Source: Nemertoderma westbladi
Taxonomy: Eukaryota > Animalia > Xenacoelomorpha
Direction of reading: 5' to 3'
Length of the DNA: 41,884 bases
Assembly (NCBI GenBank): GCA_032718475.1
Contig: JAUCBJ010006715.1
Span: forward strand, 1-41,884
Position 1 is the stretch's first letter. Every line of letters starts with the position of its first letter. Both the position numbers and the translations under genes were made by a program. Positions 35,945 to 41,884 of the stretch are shown here, one piece after another. The notes under the pieces are model-generated. The model saw only the letters and a program-made list of their open reading frames with translations, ran no database searches and was not told the origin of the DNA.

Positions 35945-36380
35945 GTCACACTCACATCTCCAACCAGACCCTATACAACATTGGAGGTGTCGCATGTGTT
36001 CCCCCAAGCTTGACACTTGAACAAAGCTGCCTCCGCTTTGCAGGACATTGTTTTCGCCGTGAGGACCAGCCTAGCAGCCTGAGCACAATCTCGTGCTTTG
36101 GCAGCCCCATGGAGAAAATAGGCATGGTGGATATCCCATGACTGTCTTGAGACGCCTCTTAAAGGACACTTGCCTTGATGATGCGGATATTGTCGCGAAA
36201 GTGATGGGAGCTAGTTAGTTGTGGCATTGGAACTTTGTCGATATGCCGGCATAGCATTCTTAATGCACGCTGCATTGGGCTTGGCAATTGTGGATTGCAT
36301 GGTGGTGACAAAATATTTTTGTTAAGCTAGCATAGCATCTTAATGTGCAGCTTCAATGCAGCAGGATGATTATAGATAGA
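35945..36380 (+). mobile_element. LINE 3' fragment, same family as 28331-28896
   Basis: HISNQTLYNIGGV..VPPSLTLEQ..LRFAGHCFRREDQP matches 28555-28860. Confidence 0.88.
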
Positions 36381-36574
36381 TTTACCTCGTAAATAATAGG
36401 CCTATATTAATCGAAAATCTAACATTAATTAACTAAGTGAATATTGAGCCTAATATACAATAGAACGGTATACAGTAGTTAGGCGGGTATTTAGAGGGAA
36501 ATAGGCCTAGTTGGTAGAGTGGGTGTTTGCAATCATTGATTTATTTCGTTGTTTACTATAGATTGTAGGGCAAA

Positions 36575-36728
36575 GCAGGACCTTATCGCCCCTGGAACCT
36601 TATGGCCCCAATAAATTGCATTTTTGTTGGGAATTTCTCCCCCCCCCCCTGTTCTGAGTTTTTAAGAACTTATCGCCCAGGAGTCTTTCGCCCCCGAGTC
36701 GTTATCGCCCTGGTCCTTTATCGACCCT
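36575..36728. repeat. TTATCGCCC motif array (DNA-element subterminal repeats) interrupted by LTR B
   Basis: About 6 spaced copies ending at the LTR start. Confidence 0.5.
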
Positions 36729-37930
36729 TGTAAAAGCTTTTGTGGGATAACTGATTCGTTTGCCTTGTTGGCCAGTTCCCCCCCAGTCGCTAAGAATACT
36801 CTCAAAGTGATCTATAACTAAAAATAGTGCAAGTTACCAGCTTATTGGCTGATTTGCTGTACGCAGGCATCTGGGCTCTGTTTAATCGGCCAACAAGCCT
36901 AGGGAGGTTGCGTCATAGCCTTGTTTTGTATCTCCCAATAGAATTTGAGTTAGCCTTGATCTTGACCTATCACAGAGTACTGAACTGAAAATTTCCTATC
37001 TCACTGCTCTTTCTCTGTGTTGAACGGGAGCTTCGTGGAATAAGGGAGTTGGTATCCTCGTATAGAGCAGTAGTCACGAGTTTTTCAAAGCCACGAAAGA
37101 ACGGCTTTTTAGTGTTTTGTGCTTTCTGCTTTTTAGCTCAACACTAGTAGGTTTAATTATAAGGACATATATCCTTTAACTGGCTGCAATTACGCATCAA
37201 ACAACCTGGCTTTAAACTCTGTAAATATCAAAACAAACTGGCACGATTGATCTGTGAATACTGCATACTGCTTTTTGTTGTCGGTTATTCATTATATTTG
37301 TTGATGAATTATTATATTGGAATAACGAGAAATAACCCCGACACCCAATATTCTTGATATACCGAAGGTAAGAGAGAAAGGTTACCAATAACGATTGTGA
37401 CTTATGTTAAAGTGGTTTGAAGTGAATCTAATGTTATTTGATAGACCCTACATGAGTCAGTCTGTGTTCCTTTTATATGTGATTAAAATCAGTGAAGATT
37501 GGCAGATAAGTGTGCAGTATTGTGCAGCATTGCGTATGAGTGAGTCTGTTAAAGAAGCAATTCCTAAAGAATGCGCCATATATGTGAATTATAATTAAGC
37601 CATATCGTTGTGAGTAGTTTAAGTCATAACTCTGTTTATATAGATAAAGCGCCACGTCCTAAAGGAACTGTTAATATTCCCGAAGATAAATAATATTGTC
37701 AGAGATTATATAATACTGTCAGTCGAATAATACATTAGGCTTACATAGCAACAAAATTAAACCGTCGAACCCAATCTCCCGGGAATATCCAGCGGGTGAA
37801 TGGTCGCGCACGGATTGGTTTCGACTAGTGTAGTGAATCAAATACTTGTCATAGGCTAAAAAGCGATTTAATATCTAGAAGACATCTTAATTTGGCGGGT
37901 TAAACTGCCAAAGGTCTGAAAGCGCGAACA
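36729..37930 (+). repeat. 5' LTR of copy B (1202 bp)
   Basis: TGTAAAAGCTTTTGTGGG...AAAGCGCGAACA. Confidence 0.88.
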
Positions 37931-37942
37931 TTAAAGGATATA
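37931..37942 (+). promoter_or_regulatory. Non-tRNA primer-binding site of copy B (TTAAAGGATATA)
   Basis: 12/12 complement of LTR positions 37168-37179 (TATATCCTTTAA). Confidence 0.75.
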
Positions 37943-38225
37943 GCTTCTTTGTTGCAGTAAGCAATAAAGTTGAAAGTACCGGTCAACCGGTAAACCTGAA
38001 CGGTACACCTGTAGGTCAGTAGGCCCAACAGCTAGAACCGGTACTGCCGTATAAGTACACTAGTATTATTCGATTTGATTGTTGTATACCGGTAGGCTGT
38101 TTGAGGGATTAGGGATTGATCACCCCTTATACCTTTATATGGTTTACTTATTTCTGTCAAGTTTTATTTATTTGTAGGACAGTATTGAACAGAAGGCGTG
38201 TAAGCCTGATCAGATTGTACAGACG

Positions 38226-38785
38226 ATTTGTAGGCTGAGCTGTTGTCTGATTGCTGTTAGGTCCGAACGAATTGCAGTGTGTGTAGATCACCTGTCCGAT
38301 TAAGTACGGTTAGGAAGTAGGGGCAGCGAACGCTGTAAGGTAAACCCCCAACTAAAGAATAAGTCGCACTACTGGGTTAGAGCGCATACTCCCTAATCAT
38401 TTCGGAGTCTGCATGGCCTGTAGTTTATTTAGGCTTGAGAGTAGTCTGCCATCGTTTAGTCTGTACTTTGTTTGTGTAAGTCTGTACGGGTAGCGTATAA
38501 TTTTATTTAGATAATTTGTAGGCTGGATAGTTGTCTGGCTGTTATTAGGTCTGAACGGATTGCCGCGTGTGTAGATCATCTGTCCGATTAAGTACGGTTA
38601 GGCAGTAGGGGCAGCGAACGCTGTAAGGTAAACCCCCAACTAAAGAATAAGTCGCACTACTGGGTTAGAGCGCATACTCCCTAATCATTTCGGAGTCTGC
38701 ATATACCGTAGTTTGTTTAGGCTTGATAGTAGTCTGTCAGTGTTCGGTCTGTATTTTGTTTGAATAGTTTGTACGCGTAGCGTAA
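38226..38785 (+). repeat. Tandem duplication (period 288 bp) of the structured leader domain, copy B
   Basis: TCCGATTAAG at 38295 and 38583. Confidence 0.9.
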
Positions 38786-40113
38786 TATTTATTATTCAGA
38801 GTTTATGCGATTATCCGCAACATTCATTCCCCAAGTTTGTTCCTACAGTAATTGTGTTTGTTATACATACCGCTATAGTTAAATTAACCCCGGTACTACA
38901 CGGGCTGCTCGGCGTAGGTAAAGACTGGTGATTTTGTGCATCGGTCACTCCAGCAGATGCCGTGGTTCTTTTAGCTGTTCAAGTATATTTAACTACTGAT
39001 TATCTGTTGTACAAGTACTCGTACCTAATTTAGGGTTTAGTGTACAGTACTTTCCGAAGTAATTAGTGTAGGCATTATATTTGTGTTGTAAGGTGGTTGA
39101 TAGGCACATTCGATTAGCTCTATTAACTTCTAGGTAGGAACACTCCGTGATACATAACGTAGAACCTATAGCGATACGGCTATAGGTCGTCAGGCGGTGG
39201 TATTTTCCTATCTGGACAACGCAGTGTATTTACTACTACTTATTATTTCAAATACCGTAGTACCCTGTCCGTTGTAATAACCAGTTTTCTAACCCTTTGT
39301 TAGGCTGGTTTGTAGACTTCTTGTAAAATAATACCCTAAAAATTGCGTATTTTGTGTTTTTGTAAATTTTTGTGTTTATTTAGAGATTGTAATCTCACCC
39401 GAATTGTACGTAATTTGTAGTATTAAGTAACTTAGGTAAATTAGTATTATTTGTTTTAGTGTCCTATACGTAACACTTCACTAAAAGCGCACTGCTTTGT
39501 GTAGTGATTACCCCAGAAATAATAACATTTATTTCAAACATTGACTAAACCCATTAAAACGGGTATATATATATTATAAATCAAATCTAACGATTTATAA
39601 ATAGTAGGCCTACCATATAACAACTAGGTCTCCATATCAGTTGGACTACTGCTCAAATAACGGTAATAAAGTAAGTAAAGTAACAAAGTAACCCTAAAGT
39701 AACAGAAATTCAATTATTTGAAATAATTGATATACCGGTATTTACGATAGGCCTATTATCTTTATTTCTATAAATCTAGGCTGAAATTATACCGGTACTT
39801 GTAATTAATTCTATTTCAGAATTATATATCCTACAAACTGTAAGCTGTATACCGGTATTCCAGATAGGCCTATTATATATTATATATATTTGTGCTAAAT
39901 TTATACCGGTATTCTGTGATAAACCTAGTCTGTGATAATACTTATATAGTTATATATACTATAAGTATACCGGTATTCTAATATATTATATATATATCAC
40001 GCTACACTGAGTAGCCGTACCGGTAATTAATTATTAGGCTAACAGTTAATACTGAGTTACTAGACTTGCTCAGACTGTAATACAGCAGTAGACATTCAAC
40101 GGTATACATAGTC

Positions 40114-41884
40114 ATGTCTGATACTAAGCAGAACCTGTCAGACAGTATATTAGATGTAACTATCTGCGACTCAGATAGAGACGTACAACCGTCTGGTCGT
40201 AAATTCAGTTCACCCCCCACTGTGAGGAAGGTCATCCCTCCAGTAGTAATAACAGAACCTAGGCTAGTCCAACATCGTAGGTCTATCATAGGCACTCGAG
40301 CTCAGGTCAAGCGGGACCAACAAGCAGCGGAACAGCAACAACCCGCTAGTCAAGAACTTATTCCTCAGCGGCCCAGCAGCTCCAGTAGTGAGGATACTGT
40401 AGAGCTGACACCCGAGAGCGGAGCAGAGAGGACGGATGCGGTTTATACGGATCCCCTTCTCATCCTTCCTGCAGCCGTGCTCAGCTGGGTTATTGATCGC
40501 GGTGGAAGAACACCAGATCGATTGGGCGAGGAGTCAACGATCAACTAGAGATAGTTATGCGGGGTACACGAGGGAAGAATTGAAGTCTATTGTCGAGTCG
40601 CAATGGAACTTCCCCGGACCCGGACTCCCGTTTGATTTATCAGAAGCTGCCTGGGAAGACATACACCGGATGGGAGTAGCCAAGGAAACCATCGATCCAG
40701 CTGTATGGAAGAGGTCCGCAGCCGGATACGCACAGGGATTCTTCAGCTCTATGGAGCGAGTAGAAAGACAACTATTTAAACAACCTCAAGGACCTCAAGA
40801 GCAGGAACAGCTGCTTTATCAAGTTAGAGAAAGAGTTCTGCGAATTAGGCTAATCTTATCCGCCTTTGAGGAGGCTTCTAAAAGAAGACAAGACACGTCG
40901 TTGCAAGTTGCCGTAAAGACTTGGCTTCAAAGGGTGAGACGCCAGGTTCAAGGAGCAGCTCAGTGGAAAGTTCAGTTGGAGGAGCGCTCAACACAAGGAG
41001 AATCGACAGACGCTACTTTCTCCCAAGTGGAAAGTGAAGCGACGGCAGAGAAACCGCATAAGAAGGATGCCATTGATATCTATCTGTCAGACTATCAGCG
41101 TTTTGTGGGAGATGAAGAGTTGAGGAGAAGGCTAGAGGGACTTAGCCCTAATAGCGAAGGAGCCAAACTTGTGTTAGATGCGATTGATGTGGATAGGTTA
41201 GCGGCGAACCAAGCTAAATTCGATGAACAACTCCGCATCGCTAGAGAAAAGGAAGAGCAAGTAAGGAAAAAACGTATAGAAGATAGAAAGACAGCAGCAG
41301 CAGCAGTGGCAGCGGCAGAAGCGGAAGGAAAAGCGGCAGCGGCAGAAGCAGAAGGAAAAGCGGCAGCGGCAGAAGCGGAAAGAAAGGCAGCAGAGGCAGC
41401 GGCAGAAAAGAAAGCGGCAGCGGCAGAAGCACAAAGGAAAGCGGCAGCGGCAGAAGCGGAAAGAAAGATAGCAGTGGCAGAAGCAGAACGGAGGGCATCT
41501 GAAGAGACAACCCAACTAGAGCTGGAAAATCTTCAAGAGAGGCAAGATAACTTTAATAAACAGTTAACAGCTAGTAATATGCAGATGATGAATCGATCTA
41601 CTCCCAAACGACAAGGTTATACATCATCTGAGGAAGGCGATACCACCGACGCTGAAGGCGGAGGAAATCGATCCCGCCTAAGCAGACGTAAAAGAACATT
41701 CCACCGTCAGAAATTGCCTGATTTGCCTCCAGCTGTTAGAAGGCAACTAAATAATACCAACTTAGAGAGTACAGAACCCACAAATCAAATAATTACAATA
41801 GAAAGACTCCCTACTATAGTAGATGAGCCTGAAATAAGTAGGCCTGTTCTTGAAATCACCCCTTCGGTAATAGACACACCTGGG
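40114..41884 (+). CDS. Gag-like ORF1 of copy B with one +1 frameshift (probably near 40452); open to the window edge
   Basis: MSDTKQNLSDSIL... then, in the +1 frame, ...DAIDIYLSDYQRFVGDEELRRRL...(AAAAEAERK)n with no stop; homologous to the copy A ORF. Confidence 0.72.

Larger units (their letters stand above)
36729..41884 (+). mobile_element. LTR retrotransposon copy B; continues beyond the right edge
   Basis: Same architecture as copy A: LTR, leader, gag-like ORF. Confidence 0.9.

Noticed and set aside
38278-38414. Hammerhead, twister, pistol, group I or dicistrovirus IGR-IRES assignment of the leader domain
   Set aside because: Required cores (e.g. CUGANGA plus GAAA) not found. The resemblance of AAGAATAAGTC to the group I S motif has no matching R element.
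1-41884. Copies A and B as inverted termini of one giant element
   Set aside because: They are diverged, point outward, and each starts with its own LTR inserted in unrelated flanking sequence.

Overview
Animal (invertebrate-like) genomic DNA, not prokaryotic, with two intact host glycosylation genes inside a dense transposon field. The host genes, both on the minus strand, are an intronless SLC35B4 nucleotide-sugar transporter (7927-8973) and a 4-exon GT32 alpha-1,4-glycosyltransferase reconstructed by hand (10655-16108). The middle holds a five-level nest: a chimeric BEL/Pao relic, a TIR element, an RTE-like LINE, a GalEa Copia, and an antisense LINE. Both window ends carry members of one LTR-retrotransposon family (copy A on minus at 1-4443, copy B on plus at 36729-41884, plus a solo LTR at 5881-6556). 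The most interesting result is this family. It has no tRNA primer-binding site. Instead, the 12-13 nt right after the 5' LTR are perfectly complementary to a site inside the element's own LTR, with completely different sequence in A and B, which points to tRNA-independent self-priming. Its 2.2-kb leader is almost free of AUG codons and carries a duplicated ~140-nt RNA domain with compensatory base-pair changes in four helices. The pol gene lies outside the window, so the superfamily cannot be assigned. All alignments, counts and folds were done by eye.
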